Assembly (NCBI GenBank): GCA_963514005.1
Contig: OY740789.1
Coordinates: 49,476,001-49,540,000, forward strand
Source of the DNA: Raja brachyura
Taxonomy: Eukaryota
Reading direction: 5' to 3'
Length of the DNA: 64,000 nucleotides
Within the stretch, counting starts at the first letter, position 1, and the number at the start of each line of letters is the position of its first letter. Positions 1 to 13,020 of the stretch are shown one piece after another. Position numbers and translations under genes: made by a program. Below the pieces are notes generated by a model that saw only the letters and a list, made by a program, of their open reading frames with translations, was not told the DNA's origin and ran no database searches.

Positions 1-412
1 AGACTTGATTTTTAAAATCTCAAAATTTTGTAACATTGCTAATCTAAGTGCTTATGTATTGTGATACCTGTACTGAACTGTATACAAAAATGAATTTCAC
101 TGTACCTCGGAACATTTGACAGTAAAGTACCATTGAACAGAAAGTACTAACAAGATAATAAAAAAGTCCCTGCACCAGCATTCAAGAAAGTGTGCCATCA
201 ACATTGATCAAGCCTTAGCACAATGCAAATGGAATGAGTCAGCCCATGTCATGTTGTTTTATTATCTGATACAGAATTTCTGTCTGGCGTGTCCTTCCAT
301 CTAGTAGTTTGGTGAATAAATAGTCCAATGGTAGAGTTTGTGTTTGAAATAGTATTCAAGCAAAAAACACATGATATTCTGAGGATATCAATAAAGGCCT
401 GCATTTGTCAAG

Positions 413-545
413 TTTAGTGTAGAGGTACAGCGTGGAAGCAGGTCCTTCTGCCCACTAAGTCCAAGCCGATCATCGATCACCCGTACACTAGTTCTATCCT
501 CCATACTTGGGACAGTTTACGGAAGCCAATTAACCTACAAACCTG
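413..545 (-). mobile_element. V-SINE (HE1-like) 3' fragment
   Basis: Reverse complement of the SINE tail seen in the full copies (gccaattaacctacaaacc; tag...tacagcgtggaa.caggtcc). Confidence 0.75.
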
Positions 546-930
546 TAGGCAAGAACTGAAGATGCTGGTTTAAATCAAAGGTAAACACAAAATGCTGCAG
601 TGGGTCAGGCAGCATCTCTGGAGAGAAGAAATGGGTGACGTTTCGGGTCGAGACCCTTCTTCAGACTGATGTCAGGATTGGGCGGGACAAAGATAAAATG
701 TAGTCGGAGACAGTAGACTGGTGGGAGAACTGGGAAGGGGGAGGGGATGGAGAGAGAAGGAAAACAAGGGCTATTTGAAATTAGAGAAGTCAATGCTCAT
801 ACCGCTGTCTACAAGCTAAATATGAGGTCCCTCCAATATGTGCTGGGCCTCACTCTGACAATGGAGGAGGCCCAGGACAGAAAGGTCAGATTGGGAATGG
901 GAGGGGGAGTTAAAGTGCTGAGCCACCGGG
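546..930 (-). mobile_element. Penelope-like element 3' end (pseudo-LTR) with hammerhead core
   Basis: Minus strand carries degenerate GIY-YIG C-terminal sequence, then GTCTGAAGAAGGGTCTCGACCCGAAACGTCAC (666-635). Confidence 0.8.
635..666 (-). ncRNA. Minimal type-I hammerhead ribozyme core (PLE-associated)
   Basis: CUGAAGA-A-GGGU(CUCG)ACCC-GAAA-CG-UC; all core nucleotides present, stem I only about 2 bp. Confidence 0.65.
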
Positions 931-1222
931 AGCTATCTCGACCACACTTCTTCCCACCCTGCTTCCTGTAAAGTTTCTATCCCCTACTCCCAATTCCTCT
1001 GTCTAGGCCACATCTGTGCCCAGGATGAGGTGTTCCATACCAGGTCATTAGAGATGTCATCATTCTTTAGGAAATGGGGGTTCCCCTCTTCCATTATAGA
1101 AGAGGCTCTCACTAGGGTCTCCTCCATATCCCACAGCTCATCTCTTGCTCCCCTTACTCCCATTCATAACAAGGACAGAGTCCACCTTATCCTCACCTTC
1201 CACCCATCAGCCGTCGGCATTC
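931..1222 (+). mobile_element. Penelope-like RT thumb/linker fragment (pseudogenised)
   Basis: Translates YLDHTSSHPASCKVSIPYSQFLCLGHICAQDE...EMSSFFRKWGFP...DRVHLILTFHP, typical of PLE RT C-terminal region; inverted relative to adjacent 3' end. Confidence 0.8.
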
Positions 1223-1610
1223 TACATTCAAATGAATGAGAAAAATGGGCTGTTAGGAAAATGGTAAGCACATTAATTATTTATTTACAAACTCAATGAC
1301 CTCAAATGATTTTTCGGATTCTCGTATTTTAAATTTAGAACAAAACATAAAAAAAAATAGTAACATATTTAAAAAACGTTTTAATAGCTTGTAAGTGTGG
1401 CTGACTGAATGTCAAAAGGATTCAGAAACAATCAGTGACGCTGACATCTCTGACAGCTCGTGGGCATGGTGTGTGACCTCACTGTCTGTGAAAGACAGTA
1501 ATAGGATATTCAATTATCCTGTGCCATATTGGACCACAACCACTGCGTGCTGGACTGAGGACAGACAGAGTGGCACAGGGGAAGGCAAACAGCAGTTATC
1601 GGGCAGACAC

Positions 1611-1866
1611 TGGGCAGCACGGTGGCACAGCGATAGAGTTGCTGCCTCACAGAGCTGAGACCCAGGCTCAACCTTGACTCTGGGTGCCATCTGTATGGAG
1701 TTGGTACCTTCTCTCCGTGACCACGTCCCAGTGCTCCGGTGTTGTCCGGCAGTTGTTCCGGTTTCATCCCACACTCCAAAGATGTACAGGTTTATAGATT
1801 AATTGGCTTCAGTAAAAATGTTAAATTGTCACTAGAGTGTAGGATAGTGTTATTATACAGGGATAT
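1611..1866 (+). mobile_element. V-SINE 5' part, interrupted by Rex LINE; tail resumes 3751-3822
   Basis: tRNA-like head ggcagcacggtggcacagc, V-domain, tail gtatctctaaaccaaactaaa after the LINE. Confidence 0.85.
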
Positions 1867-3750
1867 TTCATCGAGGGCCAATCTGAAGAGGGGCATCAAG
1901 AACGCCAAACACAGATACAAGCTGCGGATCGAGGAGCACTTCAACAGCAACTCCGACCCCTGACGCATGTGGCATGGCATCCAGGCCATCACTGACTACA
2001 GAGCCACCAACTCCACCCCCACTTCCAGCGACGCATCCTTCCTCGAGGAACTCAATCACTTTTATGGCCGCTTTGAAAGGGACAACCAAGAGTTGGCCAT
2101 CAAGGCTGTGCTCCCCGATGACCACAGGCCCCTCACACTCAACCCCTACGACGTGCACGTGGCACTGAGTAGGATCAATGTACGTAAGGCTGCCGGTCCT
2201 GACGGCATCCCCGGGCGCGTCCTCAGGACCTGTGCTGCACAGCTGACAGACGTCTGGACAGACATCTTCAACCTGTCACTTGCCCAGGCAGTTGTCCCCA
2301 TGTGCCTTAAAACTACCTCCATCATGCCAGTGCCAAAACACTCCACTGCGGCGAGCCTCAACGACTTCTCCCCAGTTGCACTCACCCCTATCATCGCCAA
2401 GTGCTTTGAAAGGCTGGTCATGGCACACCTCAAATGCTGCCTACCTCCCACTCTGGACCCCTACCAGTTTGCATACCGCAAGAACAGGAGCACGGAGGAT
2501 GCCATCTCAACGATATTCCACTCCGCCCCTCCTACCTCGACAACAGAAACACTTATGTGAGAATGTTGTTCATTGACTACAGCTCAGCATTCAACACCAT
2601 TATCCCCCCTAAATTGATCGCCAAACTCGATGACTAGGGCATCAACCCCTCCCTCTGCAATTGGTTACTGGACTTTCTAACCAACAGACCACAGTCTGTT
2701 AGGTTGGATAACCACTCCTCTCCTACCCTCACCCTGAACACTGGCGTACCCCAGGGCTGTGTGCTGAGCCCCCTCCTCTACTCTCTCTTCACTTACGGCT
2801 ACATACCTGTACATGGTAACAACACCATCATCAAGTATGCAGATGACACGACGGTGATTGGTCTCATCAGCGACAACGATGAGTTGACCTATAGGGAAGA
2901 GGTTCAGCTCCTAACAGCATGGTGTGCCGACAATAACCTGGCCCTAAACTTCAAGAAGTTCAAGGAGCACATTGTGGACTTCAGGAGATCGAGAGGCTGC
3001 ACGCACAACCCCATCCATATCAACGGGACGGAGGTGGAACGTGTCTCCAACTTCAGGTTCCTGGGGGTCAACATCTCTGATGACCTCTCCTAGACCCCCA
3101 ACACATCCTCGCTGATCAAGAAGGCTCACCAGCGTCTCTTCTTCCTGAGGAGACTTAAGAAGGTCCACCTGTCTCCCCATATTCTGGTGAACTTCTACCA
3201 CTGCACCATTGAGAGCATCCTTACCAACTGCATCACAGTATGGTATGGTAACTGCTCTGTCGCCGACCGGAAAGCTCTGCAGAGGGTGTTGAAGATCGCC
3301 CAACGCATCACAGGCTCCTCACTCCCCTCCATTGAGTCTGTCCATAGTAAACGATGCCTGCGCAGGGCGCACAGCATCGCCAGGGACAGCTCACACCCCA
3401 ACCATAGACTGTTTACCCTCCTCCCATCTGGGAGACGCTACAGGTCCCTCTGCTGCCATAAAAGCAGGCTCAAGAACAGCTTCTTCCCTGCGGCTGTCAC
3501 ACTTCTCAACGCTACACCTCAATGACTGCCTGTCTCCACCCCTCCCCCCCCCCCCCCCCCCCTCGGGACTATCCAATCACCAGCAAATTGCACGGATACC
3601 ACTGTATATGTATAGATGTTCATACTCATACTACTGCGCAATTACTTGTTTATTCGTAAGTTCGCCCTTCGGAGATACCAACTGCATTTCATTGTCTCTG
3701 TATTGTACACTGCACAATGACAATTAAAGATTGAATTTAATTTAATTGAA
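1867..3750 (+). mobile_element. Rex1/Babar non-LTR retrotransposon, 5'-truncated, RT pseudogene plus 3' UTR
   Basis: [104 protein letters not shown]; stops at ~1961, 2635, 3091 and a frameshift near 2525. Confidence 0.95.
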
Positions 3751-3827
3751 TATGCTGGTCGGCAGGGGCACGGTGGGATAAAATAACTATTTCTGCATTG
3801 TATCTCTAAACCAAACTAAACCAGTGG

Positions 3828-4040
3828 GAAGATGAACTGCAGATACTGGTTTGCACTGAAAATGCTGATATAACTCAGCAGGACAGACTGCATCTCTGGA
3901 TAGAAGGAATGGTGATGTTTCGGGTCGAGTACAAAGAAGGGTCTCGATCCGAAACATCACCTATTCTTTCTATCCAGAGATGCTGCCTGTCCCACTGAAT
4001 TACTCCAGCAGTTTGTGTCTATCTTCGGTCTAAACCTGCG
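3828..4040. mobile_element. Fold-back mini-Penelope unit
   Basis: Left arm (3828-3929) is the reverse complement of the right arm (3935-4040); decayed hammerhead cores meet at the centre. Confidence 0.8.
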
Positions 4041-4057
4041 GTGATCAGATGAGGACA

Positions 4058-4600
4058 GGGAACTCTGTCAGGGATGTAATGTTGAGGCTTTAGAAGGCAC
4101 TGATCAGACCGCATTTGGAATACTGTGAGCAGTTTTGGGCCCCCTATCTGAGGAAGGATAGGCTAGTGGAGGTTTACGACAAAAACGTATGAGAAGCGTT
4201 TGATGGCACTGGGCCTGTACTCACTGGTTTAGAAGGATGAGTGGGTACCTCTATTGAGTTGATGTGGAGAGGGTGTTTCCAGTAGATGGAGAGTCTAGAA
4301 ACAAAGGGCACATCATCCGAATAAAAGGACATACCTTTAGGAAGAAGAGGAGGCATTTCTTTAGCCAGTGGGTGGTGAATCTGTGGAATGTATTGCCACA
4401 GACAACTGTGAAGGCAATGTCATTGGGTATTTTTAATGCAAGATTGGCAGGTTCTTGATTAGGAAGGGTATCAAAGGTTATGGGTAGAAAACAGGAGAAT
4501 GGGGTTGAGAGGAAAAAATAGATCAGCCATGATTGAGTGGTGGAGCAGACTCGACAGACCACATGGCCTAATTCTGTTCCTATGACGTATAGTCTTATGA
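4058..4600 (+). mobile_element. CR1 LINE 3' fragment
   Basis: RPHLEYCEQFW, ESRNKGH..IKG...RRHFFSQWVVNLWN motifs and CR1 3' UTR. Confidence 0.85.
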
Positions 4601-4904
4601 CCTCCCTTGTAGGTAAAGCAGTTCTGGGATCTTCAGGAATACATTAGACAGTGACAATTGACTGGAACTATGTCCTGGCCTGACCCATTGGCTTCAGGCA
4701 AGAGAGGAAACATTTGGTAAATAAACACTAACAACAATTCTTTCCCCAGCTTCCTTTTCCGCCAAAGGCACAGTCAGTAAAAAAGCCTATCAATCCAATC
4801 GTGAACAGAGGAATCAAAATACAAAATATTCCTTGGGCTAATTTTATTTGCTAAGGACAGGAGTGGTGGTATTAATATTTCATCTCTCCATGTTTCGAGT
4901 TTAA

Positions 4905-5187
4905 AGCTTTAGAGATACAGTGTGGAAACAGGCCCTTCGGCCCACTTAGTCTGCACTGACCAGCGATCACTAGCACCATTCTACGCACTCGGGACAATTT
5001 ACAATTTACTGAAGCCAATTAACGTACAAACACGTATGTCTTTGGAATGTGTGAGGAAACCGGATCACTCGGAAAAAAACCCAGGGAGAATGTGCAAACT
5101 CCATTCTGACAGCACCCGTGGACAGGATGAAACTGGGGTCTCTGGCTGTAAGGCAGCAACTCTGCCGCTGTGCCACTGTGCTGCCCA
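4905..5187 (-). mobile_element. V-SINE
   Basis: Near full-length reverse copy, head at 5187. Confidence 0.85.
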
Positions 5188-5794
5188 TGTTCTCCGGGGA
5201 TGCTGCCTGACCTGCTGAGTTATTCTAGCACTTCATCTCTTTCATTAGTAAATCATGTTGCAGATATTGAAGGACACATAATACTTCGGATTACAATGTA
5301 GATCTCTGATTTTATTTTAATGCAATGTATATAAACTCAAAAGGAGGTATAAACTCCCAGCAGAGATTTGGAATCAAATGTTGTCTAGGGCTGAAATTTA
5401 AAACAGGAGCTAAACAACACTGGGTTGAAAAGGTAGCTTTTTCACCCAGGAGTATGTTTTCCATTAGCTAATAGCAATAAACACAATGCTACCGCACCTG
5501 GAGCAGAGAAGAAGGAACATGAATAAAACATGTCATATACTGTAGAATCAGGAAGCAGTTAAAAACAATAACACACGGGCCTCCTGATTTGAAGAGGCAG
5601 TGGAGCTGAGAAAAAATGGTGAGATAAATAAGCTTCTATTGCGACAAAGAGCAAGCTGAAAGAGTGCGATGTGAAAAATTCTATGATAATAGTTAAGTCA
5701 ATAGAAAAGGATGAATGATGATAAATGGCCTCCATTGTGTAACAATTTATAACTGAATGGAATTTGTTGAAAATGAATATTTATATTGTATCCC

Positions 5795-5953
5795 ACAACC
5801 TGTGTGGGAGGAAACCGGAGCACCCGGAGCAAATTCAGGTGGTCTCAGGGAGAACATACAAACTCCATACAGACAGCACCCTTAGTTGGGATTGAACCCG
5901 GGTCTCTGGCACTGTAAGGCAGCAACTCTACTGCTGTGCCACTGTGCCACCCC
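5795..5953 (-). mobile_element. V-SINE 5' half
   Basis: tRNA-like head with B box (ggttcaatcc) and V-domain. Confidence 0.8.
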
Positions 5954-6194
5954 TATATCCCTCCAATTTCTCATGTGAACCCCTTCACTTGCTTCACATT
6001 CCTTCTCACCTTCATCCCTAGGTTTAATTTAGTTTAGCTTATTATTGTCATGTGTACCAAGGTACAGTGAAAAGCTTTTGTTGCTTGCTATCCAAAAAGA
6101 AAACACAATGCATTATTACAATCAAGCCATCCACAGACCCAAATCAAATTCACAGGACATTTCTAATTTCTTTTGTCTGCTGTACCGTATCTTC

Positions 6195-6525
6195 TTTTAG
6201 TTTTGTTTAGTTTGGTTTAGAGATACAGCATGGAAACAGGCCCTTCAGCCCACTGTGTCCATGCCGAACAACGATCACCAGTACACTAGTTCTATGTTAT
6301 CCCAGTCTCACATCCTACACACAAAGGGCAATTCACCGAACCCAATTAAGTTACAAACTTGCATGTTTTTGGAATGTGGGAGGAAACCAGATCACTCAGA
6401 TTAAACCTACGCAGTCACGGGGAAAAAGTACAGATTCTGTACAAACAGCACCCGTAGTCAGGATCGAACCCACGTCTCTGGTGCTGTGAGGCGGAAACTC
6501 TACCACTGCGACACTGTGCCACCCA
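6195..6525 (-). mobile_element. V-SINE
   Basis: Full-length reverse copy with (tttag)n tail. Confidence 0.85.
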
Positions 6526-7340
6526 AATAACGTTATTTTAATCTAAAGAATCCGATAAACATTATGGTTTGTCTTGAATTTGTATTCTGAAGATAAAAAC
6601 TTGGAAGGTTTAGCCTGCGTATGCTTGTACAAATTAAGTTTTTCCCAAAATAGCTTCTGTTTGAAGAACAACCAATTAGAAACGAAAAGTAGGAATACGC
6701 AAGGCAAGAAAGAAAAAAAAGAAATAAGCTGCAAGATATTGACTGCATTTCCTTCAATAAATACTTATCTGCAGAGAGGTAGAGGATATAGTAACATTGT
6801 GATTAGTCCGCACTTCCATGGCGCTAATTAGAACGGCTGTCAATGGTGAAGAAAGGCAAGGTGAATAGCTCCACATGTGTGCATTCAGGTTTTCAGATGC
6901 TTTGTATGTAGGCACCTAGGTTTTAATTTGTATTTTTCTCTGACTCAGTCCATTAAGTTGCAGAACAGTTGCTCTTGAGCAATATCACAGCCCCAGCCAG
7001 GCAGCAGTCAGAGGTGTTATGGTAGGAAAACACCAGAAAAAATATTCTATTGTAAAAGGTAGCAGTATGCTCTGATTAAATCAGGTCATTGTGTGAAACA
7101 TGACTGCAATTTTGGTATACTCAGCTTAAACGAAATTCTGCTCAGCCAAGAATTAAGCATAAAATTGTGATCCATGTATCAATCATCAGGGTTGCATTCA
7201 TGGACCTCCTTGCAATAAATGTGCATTTTGAACTGTTTTATTGCCTTACGTCCCGAAATTAAACAATGACATTCTTACTTGCAGCAGAACAACAGAGATG
7301 TAAATATGGTACTCTATAAAACCCATAATAAACAAAAAGC

Positions 7341-7438
7341 CACACACACGCTCGCACACACACACACACGCACGCGCACACACGCAAGCGCACACATGCA
7401 CACACGCACGCGCACACACACACATGCACATGCACACG
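7341..7438. repeat. (CA/CG)n alternating purine-pyrimidine microsatellite
   Basis: cacacacacgctcgcacacacacacacacgcacgcgcac... Confidence 0.95.
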
Positions 7439-7784
7439 CCCATCTTCACTGCAGCGGTCTTGCCACATCTGGTCAGTGGCAATGGCCGATGTAATGGCTA
7501 TCAGGAAGACATGTGGCTTTCTGAGGAAGTCCCCCACTTTAACAATGGTGGGTGCAGCCTATCAATTCTAAACATAACCTGTAGATTTCCTGCAGAAGTC
7601 CACGGTGGAAGATTCCGTCCCAGCTTTCTCACAAGATGGCCATCATCACAGAACCCATTTGACACCCAATTTGATTCAATCCACAGGGAACAGTTGAGAG
7701 TACTGGATAGTGATGGCAGGATGCATATGGAGAATATGTTCTCCCTTGTTGGTGAACCTAGAAACTCAGGCCATCACACAAACC

Positions 7785-8208
7785 AACCATCTATACTTCA
7801 TGCTGCCTCAGCAAAGCCATCAGCGTAATCAAGGACCAGTCTCACCCCGGTCACTCCCTCTTCTCCTCTCTCCCATCAGACAAGAGGTACAGAAGTATGA
7901 AGACACACAGCGCCAGATTCAGGGACAGTTTCTTCCCAGCCGTTTTCAGACAACTGAACCATCCTATCACCAACTAGAGAGTGGTCCTGACCTATCTACC
8001 TCATTGGGGACCCTTGGACTATGTTTAATCAGACTTTACTGGAATTTATCTTTTGCACTAAACATTATATCCTTTATCCTTTATCTGTACACTGTGGATG
8101 GCTCGATTGTAATCATGTATAGTTTTTCCGCTGACTGGTTAGTATGCAACAAAAGCTTTTCACTGTACCTTGGTATATGTGACAATAAACTAAACTAAAT
8201 TAAACTAA
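7785..8208 (+). mobile_element. Rex1/Babar-type LINE 3' end (second family)
   Basis: CLSKAISVIKDQSHPGHSLFSSLPS.KRYRS...RFRDSFFP then 3' UTR ending gacaataaactaaactaaa. Confidence 0.85.
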
Positions 8209-8209
8209 A

Positions 8210-8850
8210 CATAGAAACTGAATAGGCCTATTTGGACTATTGAGTCTACTCCACCATTCGACCATGGCTGATCTATTTTCCCTCTCAACCTCATTTTCCT
8301 GCCGTCAACGAATAACCTTTGACACCCTTACTTATCAAGAGCCTATCAATCACCATCTTAAAAATATCGAATGATTTGGCCTCAACTGCCATCCGTGGCA
8401 ATTAATTCCACAGATTCACCATCCTCTGTCTAAAGAAATTCATCCTATGACACGATACGATACAAAACGATATAACATTATTTATCCCAGGATGGAGACT
8501 GCTCATCTCCATTGCAAAAGTACATCCTTTATTCTGAGGCTGTGCCCTCTGATCCTAGACTCTCCATTCAGTGGAAACGTTCTCTCTATAGCTACTCCAT
8601 CTTTATTCGGTAAGTTTCAATGAGTTCCCCCCACATCCTTCTAAACTCCAGCGAGAACAGTCCCAGAGCCATCAAATGCCTCTCGCACGTTAACCCAATC
8701 ATCCCAGGGATCATTCTTGGAAACCTCCGCTGGACCCTCTCCAACACCAGCATATCCCTCATCAGATATTGGGCTCAAGACTGCTCACAATACTCCATCT
8801 GTGAGATTATCATTGCCTTATAAGTCTCAGCATTACATGCTTACTTCCAC
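8210..8850 (-). mobile_element. CR1 LINE 3' fragment
   Basis: Reverse complement of the CR1 3' region at 4058-4600. Confidence 0.85.
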
Positions 8851-8944
8851 ATATGGGTTTGTCATTTAGAATAAGTGAGCCCCCTGAGACTTTGGAGCAT
8901 TTTCGGAGGGGGTGGAAACAAAGTGTTAAAATATTTTTACAGGA

Positions 8945-9190
8945 GTGGTATAAGGTGAGGGGGGATAGATTTAATAGGAAACTGAACTTTTTCACACAGA
9001 TGATGTGGGTGTATGGAACGAGCTGCTAGAGGAGGCAGTTGAGGCAGAGATTATCACTGTTTAAGAGGCATGTGGACAGGTACATGGATAGGACAGGTTT
9101 AGAGGGATATGGGCCAAATGCAGGCAGGTGGGACTAGCGTAGATGGGATATGTTGGTTAGTGTGGGCAAGTTGGGCTGAAGGGTCTATTT
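8945..9190 (+). mobile_element. CR1 LINE 3' end
   Basis: aaggtgaggggggatagatttaatagg...ttgggctgaaggg tail. Confidence 0.8.
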
Positions 9191-9354
9191 TCACCCAAGA
9201 GATCATGGGTAACCATGGAGGTGAAAAATTCCTGCCAGTAAGTAGATCATCCATAATCTTATTTAATGACAGAGCAGGTGTGAGGGCCGAGTGGCTTCTT
9301 ACTGCTTCCTTTTCATACGTTGATGTGTAATTTGTGTTCACAAAACATGTTTAC

Positions 9355-9555
9355 TATGGTGAAACATCCCAAAGTACTTTACAAGAGCATTGTCTGCAAA
9401 CACCGAGCTATGAAAGGAGGCAATCGGACATGTCGTTAAAAGTTTGGTCACGGAGTTCCACTTAAGAAGAGTCTCAAATAAATAAAACATGGGGATAGTG
9501 ATTTAGGGGACAATTTCATGAGTTTGGGACTAATCCAGCTGAAGGCATGCCTATT
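9355..9555 (-). mobile_element. Ancient L2/CR1-group LINE 3' relic
   Basis: Diverged match from memory to the chondrichthyan LINE end (aaacatcccaa...caccgagc...aaaagtttggtca...cagctgaaggca). Confidence 0.4.
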
Positions 9556-10055
9556 TCTTGCAAAGGCTCATGAGTTTTAATCGGATGATAAGTTACACAT
9601 GGGCCAACAACATGGTCACCTTGGTTTGTAGGAAGGAACTGCAGATGCTGGTTTATACCAAAGATAGATACAAAGTGCTGGAGGAACTCAGCGGGTCAGG
9701 CAGCATCTCGGCAGAAAAAGAACAGATGATGTGTTCGGTCGGAACCCTTCTTCAGACTGGTTCACCTTAATTCTCTCACTGCTCCTAGTGAGTGCACGTC
9801 TTTAATTTTATTTTTAGCTTTAGAGAGCCAGCATGGAAACAGGCCCCTCAGCCCATGCTGACCAATGATACAATGACATTTAAATTCTGCATCCGACCCC
9901 AAAACAATATTCCACTTCCATGACAGCTAGGTTCTTTCAGCAATGAAACCCTGTCATAATTTTTGTCACCCGTTAACCTGACAAATTTTATCGCATCTTA
10001 CTGTTCACTCATGACTTCAGTTAATCTGCATTGTTGCCCTGTTTGCCTGACATTC

Positions 10056-10364
10056 AGTTTAGTTTAGTGTGGAAACAGGCCCTTTGTCCCACAAACTCAA
10101 CGCCAATCATCCCTTCTCACTTGTTCAATGCTATCTCACTTTCTTACACTCCTTACACACTTGGGGGAAATTTAAAGAGGGCCAATTAACCTACAAACCC
10201 GCAGGTCTTTGAATTGTGGGAGTAGACTGGTGCACTTGGAGAAAACCTACACAGCCACAGGCAGAACGTGCAAACTCCACACAGACAGCACCCGAGGTCA
10301 CGATCAAACCCGGGTCTCTGGCGCTGTAAGGCAGCAACTCTACTGCTGTGCCACTGTGCCGCCC
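10056..10364 (-). mobile_element. V-SINE
   Basis: Reverse copy with head, V-domain and tail. Confidence 0.85.
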
Positions 10365-11034
10365 AAATACAATCTTATTGTAGATGGAGTAAAACACAAA
10401 GTGCTGGAGTAACTCAGAGGGTCAGGCAGAATGGAAATGAGGAGAAATTTATTTAGCCAGAGGTGGGTGAATCTGTGGAATTCATTGCCACAGACAGCTG
10501 TGGAGGCCAAGTAATTGGGCATTTTTAAAGCAGAGATTGATAGGTTCTTGATTAGTAAGGGCGTCAAAGGTTGTAGGGCGAATGCAGGAGAATGGCATTG
10601 TGAGAAAAAAATAGATCAGCAATGATCAAACAGCAGAACAGACTCAACGGGCCGAATATCCTAATTTGCTCCTATGTTTAATGGTCTTATGGTCTTACAT
10701 ATGGAGGGAATGGGTAGGTGATGTTTTATTGTAGAGAGAGCCTTAATTACGCATGTACTGGAATTGTCTAGATTTCATCCGCATTATGCAGTTATCGCCA
10801 ATAGATAGCTAAGACTTTCATCCAGTCAATCTAGGACAGGTTGTGTTCAAATCCAAGTCATGGATTTAACAAAAGTAGGACTAATTCCCTGAGTGTTTGG
10901 GTCAATCAATTTAGTTAATGGATGCAAAATGAGGTCTTTGTGCAGCGTTGCTTGTGAGAGTAGCTTCTTGCTCCTAATCTAAGCCACTGCAGGACAAGAT
11001 CCTAATGGCAGAGCTTTATTAAGTCATTTATCAA

Positions 11035-11330
11035 TTTAGTTGAGTTTAGAGATACAACGCGGAAACAGGCCCTTCGACCCACCTAGTTCCCTACTTATTA
11101 ACACTATCCTACACACACTATGGACAATTTTTACATTTATACCAATCCAATTACCCTACAAACCTGTACGTCTTTGGAGTGTTGGAGGAAACCGAAAATC
11201 TCTGAGAAAATCCACGCAGGTGATGGGGAGGACGTACAAACTCTGTACAGACAAGCACCTGCAGTCAGGATCGAACAGGGCCTCTGGTGCTGTAAGGCTG
11301 TAGCTCTACCATTATGCCAACATGCCACCC
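11035..11330 (-). mobile_element. V-SINE
   Basis: Reverse copy with head, V-domain and tail. Confidence 0.85.
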
Positions 11331-11773
11331 AAGAGGTTTCCAGGTGTGGAAGGACTGTGCTGCTCAGTTCTTCTATGGAGCCCAATTCCAAACACTTCTT
11401 CCTAGAGGAAAGCTTGCTCTGGTTTTTGAATCCACAAAATGTTTGGGTCAACAGAGCATTTCAAATGATTTAAGCAGCCAGAAACGTAATCTATCTGTGT
11501 TGTCCAGAGATGCTATCTGACCCACTGAGTTACTCTAGCACTTTATTTCTTTTTTTGCAAACCAGCTTCTGCAGTTCCATGTTTCTACATCTTCAAGAGT
11601 CAAGGATCAAGAGTGTTTTATTATCATATATCCCTAAACAGAACAATTAAATTCTTACTTGCAGCAGCACAACAGAATATGTAAACATACTGTAGTACTT
11701 CTCTTATGTTCTTCAAGCTAATTTTATATTTTCCAATTATGAAAATGATGAGTAATAATGACTATTATTATGT

Positions 11774-12052
11774 GTAGAAACATAGGTGCAGGAGTAGGCC
11801 ATTCGCCCCATCGAGCGAACACCACCATTCAATATGATCATTGCTGATCATCCAAAATCAGTATCCCGTTCTGACTTTTTCCCCCATATCCCTTGATTCC
11901 CTTAGCCCTAAGAGCTAAATGTAACTCTCTCTTGAAAACTTCAGATACTGGTTAAGAATCTGAGGAAGGGTTTCCATCGGAAACATCACCTATTCCTTCT
12001 CTCCAGAGATGCTGCTTGACCCGCTGAGTTACTCCAGCATTTTGTGTCTACC
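11774..12052. mobile_element. Mini-Penelope unit with 16-bp TSD, containing a nested CR1 3' end (11777-11937, minus)
   Basis: TSD atgactattattatgt at 11758-11773 and 12053-12068. Confidence 0.8.
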
Positions 12053-12754
12053 ATGACTATTATTATGTTTAAGAGCCATTTCAATTTCCCTAGTGTTTTA
12101 TCTTCGTAGGACTTTTATTACACAGTTTCCACCAATATAAGTTAATATCTCCATTCTCTTCTTGTAATTTACTTCACACATCGCATTCTGTTAATGGGTA
12201 GCGACTGGTTTGTGATAAGACCTGCTACATCTTAGGAAACTTGCAGCTTTTCACAAGAACCAAATTATGTTCCGTTAGAAGCTACTTTCAAAACAAATGT
12301 CTCTCTCTGACTTGGACCAGTGTTAGGTGTTTCTTCTTGCTTTTGGAACAGCTTGAGGTTATTCACCTCCATTAGCCCGAGGAGATTACTGCCAGCAAAA
12401 CGAGAAACATTCTTCCCTCTAGCCCTCAGGACTGGCTGAAAAGCATATTCGGTAATTATCAAACCTGCTCTATTCAATAACATTCCACAATTATGACTTT
12501 TGGTCTGTTTCACACAATGTTTCAGTAAAAGAAAATTAGTTTTTGGAAAGTGACAAAAGTGTACTTGATAACCATCAATATAACACATCCATGTTGTACA
12601 TGTCCTAGTCTCAATGTTCAGCATGAAAGCTATATTTGGTGCGCGGTGATTTACTAATATGCAACCTTCGATCTGAATGCTAATTGAACTATTTTTAAAG
12701 AGGGTTCTTTGGCCCAATACTGGCACCATTTGTTCACAAACATAAGCATTGTTC

Positions 12755-13020
12755 CGCACATACTCCACTTGTGTAGCTTGCAACCCAATGGCATGAGCGT
12801 TGAATTTTCCAATTTCAGGTAACTACATAACCCACCCCTCTTTCTTCCCCCCTCTCCCCTCTCTCCTGTGCCGCATGTGGGCCTGCACCCATTCCTCTCC
12901 TCCCCCTCCCCTTCCATCTACATTCCTTCCTCGAGCTTCACAATTCTCAAATCTTCTATCCTTCTGTCTCACGCCTTCTGTCTTTTTCATCTCTGGCCTT
13001 TGTCCAACAATCTGCCGATC
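12755..13020 (+). mobile_element. Penelope-like GIY-YIG C-terminus and 3' UTR fragment
   Basis: Encodes HLCSLQPNGMSVEFSNFR, the LxTLxPxGxN end motif, then pyrimidine-rich UTR. Confidence 0.75.

Noticed and set aside
7424-7828. 134-aa plus-strand ORF
   Set aside because: Begins in a microsatellite and ends in CR1/Rex fragments; unrecognised middle without clear splice signals
12265-12783. 172-aa minus-strand ORF
   Set aside because: Starts inside a Penelope fragment, has no recognisable domain and no convincing splice sites; a 76-nt plus-strand mini-exon within it (PEEITASK...) also has no support
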